This document shows positions 1 to 9,552 of a DNA stretch of 64,000 nt, in pieces (positions within the stretch are counted from its first letter, which is position 1; the number at the start of each line of letters is the position of its first letter). The DNA is taken from positions 1 to 64,000 of the forward strand of contig JBPOGI010000006.1 of assembly GCA_051251855.1 (NCBI GenBank). Direction: 5' to 3'. The position numbers and the translations under genes are program-made. The DNA is from Roseibacillus sp. GTDB taxonomy: Bacteria > Verrucomicrobiota > Verrucomicrobiia > Verrucomicrobiales > Akkermansiaceae. A model generated the notes under the pieces. It did not search any database, was not told the DNA's origin, and worked only from the letters and a program-made list of their open reading frames with translations.

Positions 1-78
1 TGGTAGATTGAGTCTGTAGCGTGAGAGCCATCGCCTGCACAATTCAAAGTGTTGCGTTTAGTCTGTAACTTCCAAATT

Positions 79-207
79 GCCGAACAAGGCGCAGCACCAC
101 AAATCTGACCGCGCTGGTGGGTGGGAGGCTTGACTAGAGGAGGGAACGTGATAAAAGTAATGAAAGTGCGCTGAGTCGGTCAGATTGGGTGTGCTGGAAC
201 GTTCTCT
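79..207 (+). repeat. attC-like site 1
   Basis: R'' GCCGAAC (79-85), L'' GCAGCACC, arm ACAAATCTGACCG pairing with CGGTCAGATTG, L' GGTGTGC, R' GTTCTCT (201-207); three unpaired bases in the left arm. Confidence 0.88.
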
Positions 208-213
208 CAAAAA

Positions 214-849
214 ATGAATCCCACGACAGGAGCGCTAATAGAGCAACTGAGCGATTCGAAATCAGCGAAGCGTCGTTCAGCTGCGAAGAAGATTCGTAAG
301 TCTAAGGACCCGCATGCTGGCGAGGCTTTATTCGTCGCCCTCCAGAAGGAACTGCAGGACCTGCGAACTTGGGAAACCCAGTATCAGATGATAATGGCAT
401 TGGGGCATTGTCTCTACACAGATGCGACTGAGTTCCTCGAGGGCCTCTCCCGTGAAGGTCGGGTCGAGATGGTCCAAATAGCGATAGGAGATTCGCTCTT
501 TAGATTGGCGGGGGGAGCAGAGAATAATTTAAGCAAGGTCTTGGAGTTTATTGATCGAGGTGATGCGGAACTTATTCACGGCGCGTTTCAAGCGATGGCA
601 TCCGAGCGTGTTATTCCAGCGGACGAGATAGAAGCACGTAAGATAGTGGAGTATGGATGCTCATTAAAGCTTAACGAAAACGATTGGGCTGTAATTTGGC
701 TTCTGCGTGCTGTTCCTGGTTGGCCAGCCTCTATGGTTGAACCGCTTCTGAAGCATTGGAGCGCTGTAGAATCTGATGCTCAGCAACAGATTCACGGTGC
801 TGTTGGATTGGCTCGAAACCAAAAGTATTGCAAGTGGTCACCCCTCTAA
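214..849 (+). CDS. Cassette-borne HEAT-repeat-like helical protein
   Basis: 211 aa ORF starting 6 nt after attC1 and ending 8 nt before attC2; 'LIEQL...RRSAAKK...EALFVAL...MALG' resembles HEAT/PBS repeats. Confidence 0.7.
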   Translation: MNPTTGALIEQLSDSKSAKRRSAAKKIRKSKDPHAGEALFVALQKELQDLRTWETQYQMIMALGHCLYTDATEFLEGLSREGRVEMVQIAIGDSLFRLAGGAENNLSKVLEFIDRGDAELIHGAFQAMASERVIPADEIEARKIVEYGCSLKLNENDWAVIWLLRAVPGWPASMVEPLLKHWSAVESDAQQQIHGAVGLARNQKYCKWSPL

Positions 850-857
850 CCAAGACG

Positions 858-986
858 AGAGAACAAGACGCAGCACCACAAATCCGACCGCGCTGGTGGG
901 TCGGAGGCTTGACTGGAGGAGGGAGCGTGGTAGAAGTAATGAAAGCGCGCTGAGACGGTCGGATTGGGTGTGCTGAAACGTTCGAT
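858..986 (+). repeat. attC-like site 2
   Basis: R'' AGAGAAC is the reverse complement of the preceding GTTCTCT; R' GTTCGAT (980-986); same arms as site 1 with a compensatory change (TCCGACC/GGTCGGA). Confidence 0.88.
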
Positions 987-1429
987 GAGGAATTTTTCTT
1001 GGGCTGATGTGGCGGTTTCTGGTTCGTGGGTTGTGAGGTGATTCGGTGTTGGCGTAGTGGAGGCGGTGAGGTTGGATTTCATCTTTTGCTTCGTTTGCGT
1101 TCTCTCCTCATTATCCCCGGTCGAGCGGACGTCTGTTCTTCTTCGACGTCTCTTGGACCACTTTTAGAACGTCTTCTGGTAATTCCCTGATTCGAAGCGC
1201 CTGATGGTTCGAACTCTGGCCTTGGAGTCGACTTCACAGGTGCTCTGTATCGGAGGTTTCAGGTTCGAGGAACGCCTTTTTCTTCGGCTCCTCGTCAGGC
1301 ACCGAAAGATAGCTCGAAGGCCTTCTCTACGTTCAAGGCGCTAGCATTAACCTTGCCCAGCCACTGCCTCTCATCTCCTCACGGTCTGGCGAACCGAAGG
1401 AACCGGACCGGCAAGGACAAACCAAGAAA
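987..1429 (+). ncRNA. ORF-less cassette, candidate structured non-coding RNA
   Basis: No ORF of 60 aa or more lies wholly inside it. The 5' and 3' portions pair in nested order, and most deviations form G·U pairs on the + strand. Confidence 0.4.
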
Positions 1430-1557
1430 ATCGAACAAGGTGCAGCACCGCAAGACCAACCGCGCTGGTTGATCACTTATTGACAGTCAATTCGCAAGTG
1501 ATAGAACTCTCAAAAGCGTGCTGAGGCGGTTGGTCTGGGTGTGCTAAAACGTTCGGC
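1430..1557 (+). repeat. attC-like site 3 (divergent variant)
   Basis: R'' ATCGAAC is the reverse complement of GTTCGAT; arm AGACCAACCGC pairs with GCGGTTGGTCT (covaried relative to other copies); R' GTTCGGC (1551-1557). Confidence 0.85.
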
Positions 1558-1602
1558 TGAAAATAGACGGACCTCTTTCCAGTATCGGGTAGAATAGAGA
1601 CG

Positions 1603-1992
1603 ATGGGATTATATCAACCACATTTCAGGCTTCCAGAGCTAGAACTGCTGACTTCGGCCTCTCGGCTCAAAGTCTGGAAAGAGTGTGTTCATCCTTTAAC
1701 CCTGAAGTTTCGGTTTTCCGCCTATTCGACCTATTCTTTCGCATCCTCTGCTGCACTTGGAGGGGTTCTCGGATACTGGACATTCGGGGGATATTGGGGA
1801 GCGACGTTATTTGCTGCAATCTGTGTTACAATCAGTTCCTATACCACCTTCGCCGTTGCGGTATGGGTCTACCGAGAACAGATAAAGCAGTTTGTCGCTC
1901 AGCACCATTCGGACTTGGAATATCAGGAACGACCTGTGCCGAACAAGACGCAGCACCACAAATCCGACCGCGCTGGTGGGTCGGAGGCTTGA
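1603..1992 (+). CDS. Cassette-borne hypothetical membrane protein
   Basis: 129 aa with hydrophobic segments; reads into attC4 and stops at a TGA inside it. Confidence 0.6.
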   Translation: MGLYQPHFRLPELELLTSASRLKVWKECVHPLTLKFRFSAYSTYSFASSAALGGVLGYWTFGGYWGATLFAAICVTISSYTTFAVAVWVYREQIKQFVAQHHSDLEYQERPVPNKTQHHKSDRAGGSEA

Positions 1993-2065
1993 CTGGAGGA
2001 GGGAACGTGGTAGAAGTAGCGGAGCGCGCTGAGTCGGTCGGATTGGGTGTGCTGAAACGTTAGCC
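1938..2065 (+). repeat. attC-like site 4
   Basis: R'' GCCGAAC is the reverse complement of GTTCGGC; R' GTTAGCC (2059-2065). Confidence 0.88.
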
Positions 2066-2069
2066 AAAA

Positions 2070-2597
2070 ATGAATCCTGTAGTGCTAACACTTTGCTTGC
2101 TCATTGCATCACAATTCCCTTCGGTCGCGATTACGGTAGAGAAAGTCTCGGTTGATGCGACCAAAGAAATCCGAGCATCGCTAGACAAGATCGAAGAAAT
2201 TTATGTTTTCGAGGGGCTACCACATCAAAGGGATGCTGAATTATTGCAGGTCGAGAGTAAGCGCGAAGATACAACAAGTATCGGTGGCTTTCAGTTCTAC
2301 ACGCCGAAGGTTCTGGCGAAGGGTGAAGTCGCTAGGGAAATGCGGAATGCGGTTCGATCAGCGCAGAGCTATACTAAATGGTCAGGTGAGAAGCGCTGCG
2401 GTGGATTTCACCCAGACTATGCGATAGCTTGGTCTGAGGGTGCTAATGAGTATTCAATTCTGATTTGCTACGGATGCCGCGAGGTCCTAGTTGTGAGTGC
2501 GAGGGAGAGTTTTCGATACGATTTTTCTGAGATGGAGGAACTCAAGAAATTGTTAGTGTCATTCAAATCGAAGCGCCCAGAGAAACAGAAGGGATAA
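2070..2597 (+). CDS. Cassette-borne hypothetical secreted protein
   Basis: 175 aa; N-terminal signal peptide; motifs KRCGGFHPDY and LICYGC; TAA stop lies inside the next R'' box, typical of cassettes. Confidence 0.75.
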   Translation: MNPVVLTLCLLIASQFPSVAITVEKVSVDATKEIRASLDKIEEIYVFEGLPHQRDAELLQVESKREDTTSIGGFQFYTPKVLAKGEVAREMRNAVRSAQSYTKWSGEKRCGGFHPDYAIAWSEGANEYSILICYGCREVLVVSARESFRYDFSEMEELKKLLVSFKSKRPEKQKG

Positions 2598-2720
2598 CAA
2601 GACGCAGCACCATAAATCCGACCGCGCTGGTGGGTAGGAGGCTTGACTGGAGGAGGGTGCGTGGTAGAAATAATGAGGGCGTGCGGAGTTGGTTGGATTG
2701 GGTTTGCTGAAACGTTCGGT
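2592..2720 (+). repeat. attC-like site 5
   Basis: R'' GGATAAC (one mismatch to the reverse complement of GTTAGCC); R' GTTCGGT (2714-2720). Confidence 0.85.
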
Positions 2721-2758
2721 TGAATTTCTACGCTTCAGACGGTAACTATCTTCTAAAC

Positions 2759-2971
2759 ATGAATAATGACAATTCGGTCACCCCTAAAGTCGGTTTAGGA
2801 TGCGGGACTTTAATCATCATCGCGCTAATTGTGTTGGTTTTTAGCAATGCGGGTAATGAAGAGGAGGAGTTTAAAGAGCTAAGCCAAAAATTAGATTCGA
2901 TAGAGTCTTCACTGAAAAGTCTCGAAAAAGATGTGTCTCAAATGAAGAAGCGATTGGAAGCAATCGAATAG
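2759..2971 (+). CDS. Small cassette-borne membrane protein with coiled-coil tail
   Basis: ATG at 2759, 70 aa; GLGCGTLIIIALIVLVF transmembrane segment followed by a heptad-like charged tail. Confidence 0.6.
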   Translation: MNNDNSVTPKVGLGCGTLIIIALIVLVFSNAGNEEEEFKELSQKLDSIESSLKSLEKDVSQMKKRLEAIE

Positions 2972-3171
2972 GCAAATCTCAGTTCCGGCCATTCTGGAGA
3001 TGGAGCGGAAAGGTCGTTCTTGAAAAAGCACATCCGCAACGAAATCGCTCGAACTGTAGTCCGAGACTCTGCTTAGTTGAAGATTTGAAGTATTGTTCAT
3101 TCTCTAATCAAGCATTGCGACGAGGGATGGACGAAGTTCCTGATGCAGGGAGAATTGTAGAAACTTCCTGT

Positions 3172-3288
3172 TATAAACAAGGCTATGAATTCGAAGTCCG
3201 ACCGTGTTGGTAAGTCTGGTGTTGGAGAGTATGAAGCAGGGTGAAATTTGTTAGGTCGTGCTGGGTTGGCTCTACTGACACGTTCGTG
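3172..3288 (+). repeat. Degenerate attC relic
   Basis: AACAAGGC...AAGTCCGACCGTGTTGGT...CTGACACGTTCG resembles both ends of the intact sites; palindrome largely lost. Confidence 0.5.
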
Positions 3289-3349
3289 TGTGGTTGCAGT
3301 GAAGATGGTTGTTGTGGGAAGGATTACAAAAGGTTAGCTTATTCGTAAT

Positions 3350-3817
3350 ATGAAAACTTACGTGTTCAGCAATCATTTCGAGGCGGCAGTGGCTGCGGTA
3401 GAGCTTCGAAATGACGGCTACGCTGTCGAGGTTTATGATGATTCAGTGGCTGCGCTCTGGGGGCCAATGGCTGTAGGTGGAGTTCGGTTGGTGGTTGATC
3501 CGATCCAAGACCGGGGATCTTTCGGAGAGAATGAGTTGTTACAGGTGGGAGACGGTCCAGTCGATGTTGTGTTTCGGTGGGTATTTGCATTCGTTCTTGT
3601 TGGGGGTGGTCTCTCTCTCCTCTTGAGTCTCCTTTTCGATGCAGCATCGAGTCCTGCAAAACTATTAATGGTTCTGGTGCTCACCGGTGTTTCGGCTCTA
3701 GGGTGCATAGGTGTTTTTGGCCTGATTGCAGAATTTACCAAGAAGCTCTTCACTTACCCTTTGGCAATGGGGCTTTGTGCTTCTGTTCTTTTGCTCGCCA
3801 AGTTGTTTGTTGGATGA
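3350..3817 (+). CDS. Membrane protein with DUF2007-like N-terminal domain
   Basis: 'FSNHFEAAVAAVELRNDG..V.D....GGVRLVV' pattern followed by three hydrophobic helices. Confidence 0.6.
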   Translation: MKTYVFSNHFEAAVAAVELRNDGYAVEVYDDSVAALWGPMAVGGVRLVVDPIQDRGSFGENELLQVGDGPVDVVFRWVFAFVLVGGGLSLLLSLLFDAASSPAKLLMVLVLTGVSALGCIGVFGLIAEFTKKLFTYPLAMGLCASVLLLAKLFVG

Positions 3818-4416
3818 GAAGAAGAGTGACCCATACTTAGCATTTATCATCCGAGTGCGCTGTTGGACGCGAGAGAAGGTGGAAAAGTGATTGTAGCAGT
3901 TGTGGGTGAAGTCGGTCCGATTAGGTATGTTGAAGGGGTAGACTACTTGCATTAAGTGGTTCTTCTCGAACGTCAGAAATAGTAATCCGTTTTCTTGAAA
4001 AGGCTCTCTGATATTAGCTCACATGATTAAAGTGGGTTGGGCATTTCTTTTTCTGACAGGTTCGCTGGCTGGGAAATCTGCCTGTCCTGCGATTCAAGGT
4101 TTTGAGAGGTCGCTTTCGGTTGAAGAAGAGAAAGATGTCTCGCGATTTATACTTCTTGGTAATTTTTGTTTCGTCCGTTGGGAAGGATGGGGACTCATTT
4201 CTCTTTCGGTATCGTGAAGATCGGTCCTATTCGATTTCGGTATTTTACCGTTGTGGCCAAGGAAATTTTAACTGTCCCAGACCGAAGGTGGACGACTGCA
4301 GTCGCCCCTCATGTCTGGGATGAGCATCTCACCTTATTCCTCTCCTCTTGGAGGCGGTCCTGCGGAATGTGTCGGTGAAGTATCAGTGGAACTGACGAGG
4401 AATCACCAAGTGGATG

Positions 4417-5823
<1,407 letters not shown>

Positions 5824-5985
5824 GATTTACGGGGAAGGTGGAGGGTTTAGGCCGTTTTTTCAAGAGTGGAGATTGGAGGAGCTTTTTCCTGAGGTCACTT
5901 TGACTCTTTTTCTCTTTGCTCAACAGGGGGCGCTTGGCCATCTTGTCGGGGTTCACCCTTTTCGAAAATTGAAGAAAACTGCTCC

Positions 5986-7506
5986 ATGAAGGTCGCTATC
6001 GCGCGGCTTGTCATTCTGTTGATCGTCTTTTGCCTCGCCTTTGGTCTGGTGACCCTATGGCGGAAGTGGAAGGACGATAACGGTCTGCCCGGATTTCTCC
6101 GGTCGCAGCAAAATGAGATGTTAGAAACGGGCAAGGGCCAGTTTCGACCTGAGGAATATACTCTCAAGGATTTACCTGTCCTGGATATCGAGGACGTGCA
6201 GCTTCTGGCTCGTTTGAATGCGGAGTATACAAACTTGGTCGGTCGGGTGGTTCCTTCGGTGGTGAGTATTGATACCGTGAGTGCACGACGGGAGCAGTTG
6301 AACTATTTGGGCAGAACCTATGAGCGCACTTGGGAGACGACGGGGATTGGGAGCGGGGTGATTGTGACTCCGGAAGGCCACGTGGTGACGAATGAGCATG
6401 TGATCGACGGGACTTTGGCAATGAAGGTGACTCTTCATGATGGGCGGACTTTTCCGGCGCGTTTGATTGGGGAGGATCCGACTCTGGATGTGGCGGTGCT
6501 GCGGATTGATGGAGAGGGGCCTTTTGAGGCGCTCAATTTTGGAGACTCGAGCCGAGTGCAGCCAGGTGAAATGGTGTTTGCGGTAGGGAATCCTTTTGGA
6601 TTGGGAGAGACGGTGACGCAGGGAATTGTTTCGGCGAAAGAGCGGTCGATTTCGGATCGTCAGCGTGACTTGTTTCAGACGGATGCGGCTATTAACCCTG
6701 GGAACTCGGGAGGGCCGTTGGTGAATTATCAGGGGGAGATTATTGGGATTAATGTGGCGATCTATTCTCCGGATACCAAGAACCGCGGTTTTGCGGGAGT
6801 GGGCTTTTCGATTCCATCTAATGATGTGCGGGATACCTTTCAGCAGATTCTAGAGAGGGGGCGACCGATACGAGGTTTTCTGGGGCTCAACGGGCGGGAT
6901 TTGAGCTCGCGGGTGCGTTATGAGCTAGGCTATCCAAGAGGAAGTGGAGTTGCGATTGATGTGGTGGTTTCGGGGAGTCCAGCCGAGGCAGTTGGCTTGG
7001 AGGCCAATGACATTATCCAAAGTTACAATGGGAAACCGCTGAGGAGCCTGACCCAGTTTATTGGGATGATTCAGCGGACGAAAGTGGGGGAGGAAGTGGA
7101 GTTGGAGGTTTGGCGTCAGCGTGAGGAGTTGAAGTTTAGTCCTACGATTGTTGATTACGATGAATGGCGCCGTGCGGCCGAGGTGAAGCAGAAAGAGCGT
7201 CCTTTAGCAGATGATAAAGTGGTGCTTGAGCGGGTAGGGCTGAGTGTGCGTGCTTTGACGGTGTTAGAGAAAATGCGAGGAGCGGAAGGGGTCTTGGTGG
7301 CCGAAGTTCTTGAGCAATCTGCTGGAGACAGGGTGGGGGTGAAGGTAGGAGATTTGATTTTGCAAGTGAATGGCCGGAGGGTGACGGAGTCGAATGACTT
7401 GCTCGCGCGGTTGGCGGCGTCTGCTGCGGTGCAAAAGACGGAGTTGGTGCTGAAGCGCGGGTCAGAAATTCTCGAGGTGACCTTGCCTCAGGTGATGGAG
7501 CGCTAG
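5986..7506 (+). CDS. degP: HtrA/DegP-family serine protease with two PDZ domains
   Basis: TNEHV, DVAVL and QTDAAINPGNSGGP catalytic triad motifs; N-terminal anchor; PDZ-like C-terminal repeats. Confidence 0.9.
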   Translation: MKVAIARLVILLIVFCLAFGLVTLWRKWKDDNGLPGFLRSQQNEMLETGKGQFRPEEYTLKDLPVLDIEDVQLLARLNAEYTNLVGRVVPSVVSIDTVSARREQLNYLGRTYERTWETTGIGSGVIVTPEGHVVTNEHVIDGTLAMKVTLHDGRTFPARLIGEDPTLDVAVLRIDGEGPFEALNFGDSSRVQPGEMVFAVGNPFGLGETVTQGIVSAKERSISDRQRDLFQTDAAINPGNSGGPLVNYQGEIIGINVAIYSPDTKNRGFAGVGFSIPSNDVRDTFQQILERGRPIRGFLGLNGRDLSSRVRYELGYPRGSGVAIDVVVSGSPAEAVGLEANDIIQSYNGKPLRSLTQFIGMIQRTKVGEEVELEVWRQREELKFSPTIVDYDEWRRAAEVKQKERPLADDKVVLERVGLSVRALTVLEKMRGAEGVLVAEVLEQSAGDRVGVKVGDLILQVNGRRVTESNDLLARLAASAAVQKTELVLKRGSEILEVTLPQVMER

Positions 7507-7686
7507 TGGTTCACGATATTAATTCTGTGGAGTTGGCGCAGAAAAATGGAGCAAGGACATTCCTGTCCCTGAGTCAGTTCCAAGGCCAAGGACAAGAACA
7601 AGAATGTCCTTGCTCCATTTTCAAGGAATGAGGCGCGAGATAAAACCTGTTTGCTATTCCACAAAATTAATGTCGCGAGACACTAG
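7503..7686. mobile_element. MITE-like element with 29-bp terminal inverted repeats and an internal REP doublet
   Basis: 7503-7531 and 7658-7686 are inverted repeats (5 mismatches), both bounded by CTAG; inner perfect 20-bp inverted repeat at 7543-7562/7602-7621. Confidence 0.6.
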
Positions 7687-7706
7687 TCGGAGGATGGTCT
7701 CGGTGG

Positions 7707-8336
7707 TCAGACGAGCTCTTCGATGAGCTCGATGAGTTGGTGGCCGAGGTGTTCTTTACTGGCCTTGGGGAGAGGAGCAATGCGATCGGGATAGATGAGG
7801 GTGATCTCGTTCTCGGAGGAATCGAAGCCGATGTCTTGGCGGCTGACGTCGTTGGCGATGACGAGGTCGCAACCCTTGCGTTCTAGTTTTCCAAGGGCGT
7901 TCTCTTCGACGTTCTCGGTCTCCGCAGCGAAGCCCACGAGGGTTCCTTGAAAGTTGAATTCGGAACGAGCAGATCCGAGGATGTCGGGGGTGCGGACGAG
8001 CTCGAGGGTCATGGTATCACCGGTTTTCTTGATTTTTTGCTCGGCGATTTGGGCGGGTTGGTAGTCGGCGACGGCGGCGGCAAAAATGGCGATGTCGGAC
8101 TTTTGAATCCAATACGCGACGGCTTGGTGCATGTCTTGGGCGGACTCGATAGGGATGAAGTCGATACCGTCAGGGACGTCGATGACGGTGGGGCCGGAGA
8201 TGAGGATAACGCGATGTCCGCGTCGCTGGGCGGCTTCGGCGAGGGCGTAGCCCATTTTCCCTGAAGAACGATTAGTGAGATATCGAACGGGGTCGATGGC
8301 CTCGCGAGTGGGGCCGGCGGTGATGAGAACGGTCAT
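7707..8336 (-). CDS. coaB: Phosphopantothenate-cysteine ligase (CoaB domain, standalone)
   Basis: ITAGPTRE.IDPVRY.TNRSSGKMG, AAVADY, VGFAAET, KL.RKGCD.V.AND. Confidence 0.92.
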   Translation of the reverse strand: MTVLITAGPTREAIDPVRYLTNRSSGKMGYALAEAAQRRGHRVILISGPTVIDVPDGIDFIPIESAQDMHQAVAYWIQKSDIAIFAAAVADYQPAQIAEQKIKKTGDTMTLELVRTPDILGSARSEFNFQGTLVGFAAETENVEENALGKLERKGCDLVIANDVSRQDIGFDSSENEITLIYPDRIAPLPKASKEHLGHQLIELIEELV

Positions 8337-8345
8337 GGCTGGGTT

Positions 8346-8876
8346 CTAACAGCCTTCGACGACGGCAAGAATTTCTTCGTTAGGAGCGAGGCGTCCGACG
8401 CCTTGATATCCGCAGGCAAGGTCTCCTTCGGCGGGGTCGATGAATTGGCAGCCGTCTTCTTTGAGGCGGGTGATGTTGCGCTGGGTGGCGGGGTGTTGCC
8501 ACATCTTCCCGTTCATGGCGGGGGCGAGGAGGACGGGGGTTTCGCGCGGGAGTGCGAGGTAGATCGAGGAGAGTGGGTCAGGCGCGAGGCCGTTAGCGAA
8601 GTTGCCCAGGGTGTCGGCTGAGAGGGGCGCGACGAGAAAGAGCTCGGCGTTGTCGGCAAGGTCGATGTGACCGGGTTTCCAGGAGTCCTTTTCGTCTTGT
8701 AGGGAGACAAGCACGGGTTGGCGGGAGAGAACTTGGAGGGTGAGGGGGGTGAGGAACTCGGTGGCGGCCTTGGTCATTACGCAGTGAACTTCGTGACCTT
8801 CTTTGACCAGTTGGGAGGTGAGGTCGGCAGCTTTGTAAGCAGCAATGGATCCGGTGATGCCTAATACGATGTTCAT
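8346..8876 (-). CDS. coaC: Phosphopantothenoylcysteine decarboxylase (CoaC flavoprotein, standalone)
   Basis: GITGSIAAYK, PAMN..MW.HP, LACG..G.GRL. Confidence 0.92.
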   Translation of the reverse strand: MNIVLGITGSIAAYKAADLTSQLVKEGHEVHCVMTKAATEFLTPLTLQVLSRQPVLVSLQDEKDSWKPGHIDLADNAELFLVAPLSADTLGNFANGLAPDPLSSIYLALPRETPVLLAPAMNGKMWQHPATQRNITRLKEDGCQFIDPAEGDLACGYQGVGRLAPNEEILAVVEGC

Positions 8877-8882
8877 AGTGGT

Positions 8883-9479
8883 CTAGTCTTTCTGTCGTTG
8901 AGTGTGGAGACGCTGGGTAAGGAGAAGATGTTTGAAGAGGGTGTAGTCGCTCTCGCGGTCGGTAGAGAGGAGGCGGTAAGAATACTTGGGCCAGTGGGCG
9001 ACTTCTTCGCGGGCGTTTTTGAGGCGAAGGGCAATGACGTCTTCGGGGTCGGTGCCCCGTCCTCGGAGGCGGTCCTCGAGTTCCTCGTCAGTGGCGGGCA
9101 TCACGAAGAGGTCGACGAGGGCGCGCTGGATGTCTTGGTTAGCATGAGTGCGAACTTGTTCGGCTCCTTGAACGTCGATGTCCATGACGACGTCTTTGCC
9201 GCTGGCGAGAAAGGTGAGGACCTCGGAGAGGAGGGTGCCGTAGTAGTTGCCATGGACCTCGGCGTGCTCGAGGAGGGCTTCGTTTTTGATTTCGTCCTGA
9301 AAATCGGGCACGGAAAGAAAGTAGTAGTCGCGACCATTGACTTCGCCTTCGCGCGGGGAGCGGGTGGTGCAGGAGATGGAATAGTGGGCTAGGCCTTCGG
9401 TGGCGAGACGACGGCAGAGAGTGGTTTTTCCGGAGCCAGAGGGGCCGGAGACGAGATAAAGAATGCCAGAGGAGGTCAT
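8883..9479 (-). CDS. gmk: Guanylate kinase
   Basis: SGPSGSGKTT, TTRSPREGE.NG.DY.F, YYGT, DIDVQG; start taken at ATG 9479. Confidence 0.95.
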   Translation of the reverse strand: MTSSGILYLVSGPSGSGKTTLCRRLATEGLAHYSISCTTRSPREGEVNGRDYYFLSVPDFQDEIKNEALLEHAEVHGNYYGTLLSEVLTFLASGKDVVMDIDVQGAEQVRTHANQDIQRALVDLFVMPATDEELEDRLRGRGTDPEDVIALRLKNAREEVAHWPKYSYRLLSTDRESDYTLFKHLLLTQRLHTQRQKD

Positions 9480-9552
9480 GGGTGATGAAGAAGTGCGATG
9501 AGGCGCATTCTTTTTTGGACCAAGAAGCGGCAAATGGATAGGCTTTTTGGCG

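Larger units (their letters stand above)
79..3288 (+). mobile_element. Integron-type gene cassette array (distal end; integrase not in window)
   Basis: Five ~128-129 bp imperfect-palindromic repeats plus one degenerate copy separate single + strand ORFs or an ORF-less segment. Each R'' box is the reverse complement of the preceding R' box (one mismatch in one case). Confidence 0.88.

Noticed and set aside
776..1082. ORFs 776-976 (+) and 846-1082 (-)
   Set aside because: They run through attC2 and overlap the cassette gene, so they are probably chance frames.
79..2720. Repeats interpreted as a CRISPR array
   Set aside because: Repeats are ~129 bp and separated by 380-650 bp gene-sized segments, and there are no cas genes. 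The attC architecture fits better.
4023..4378. Short overlapping ORFs between the array and ffh, possibly a frameshifted pseudogene
   Set aside because: No recognisable motif, so a call cannot be supported without a homology search.
7707..8876. Split coaB/coaC as a frameshifted coaBC pseudogene
   Set aside because: Both halves have their own start and stop codons and intact motifs, and separate genes are a known arrangement.
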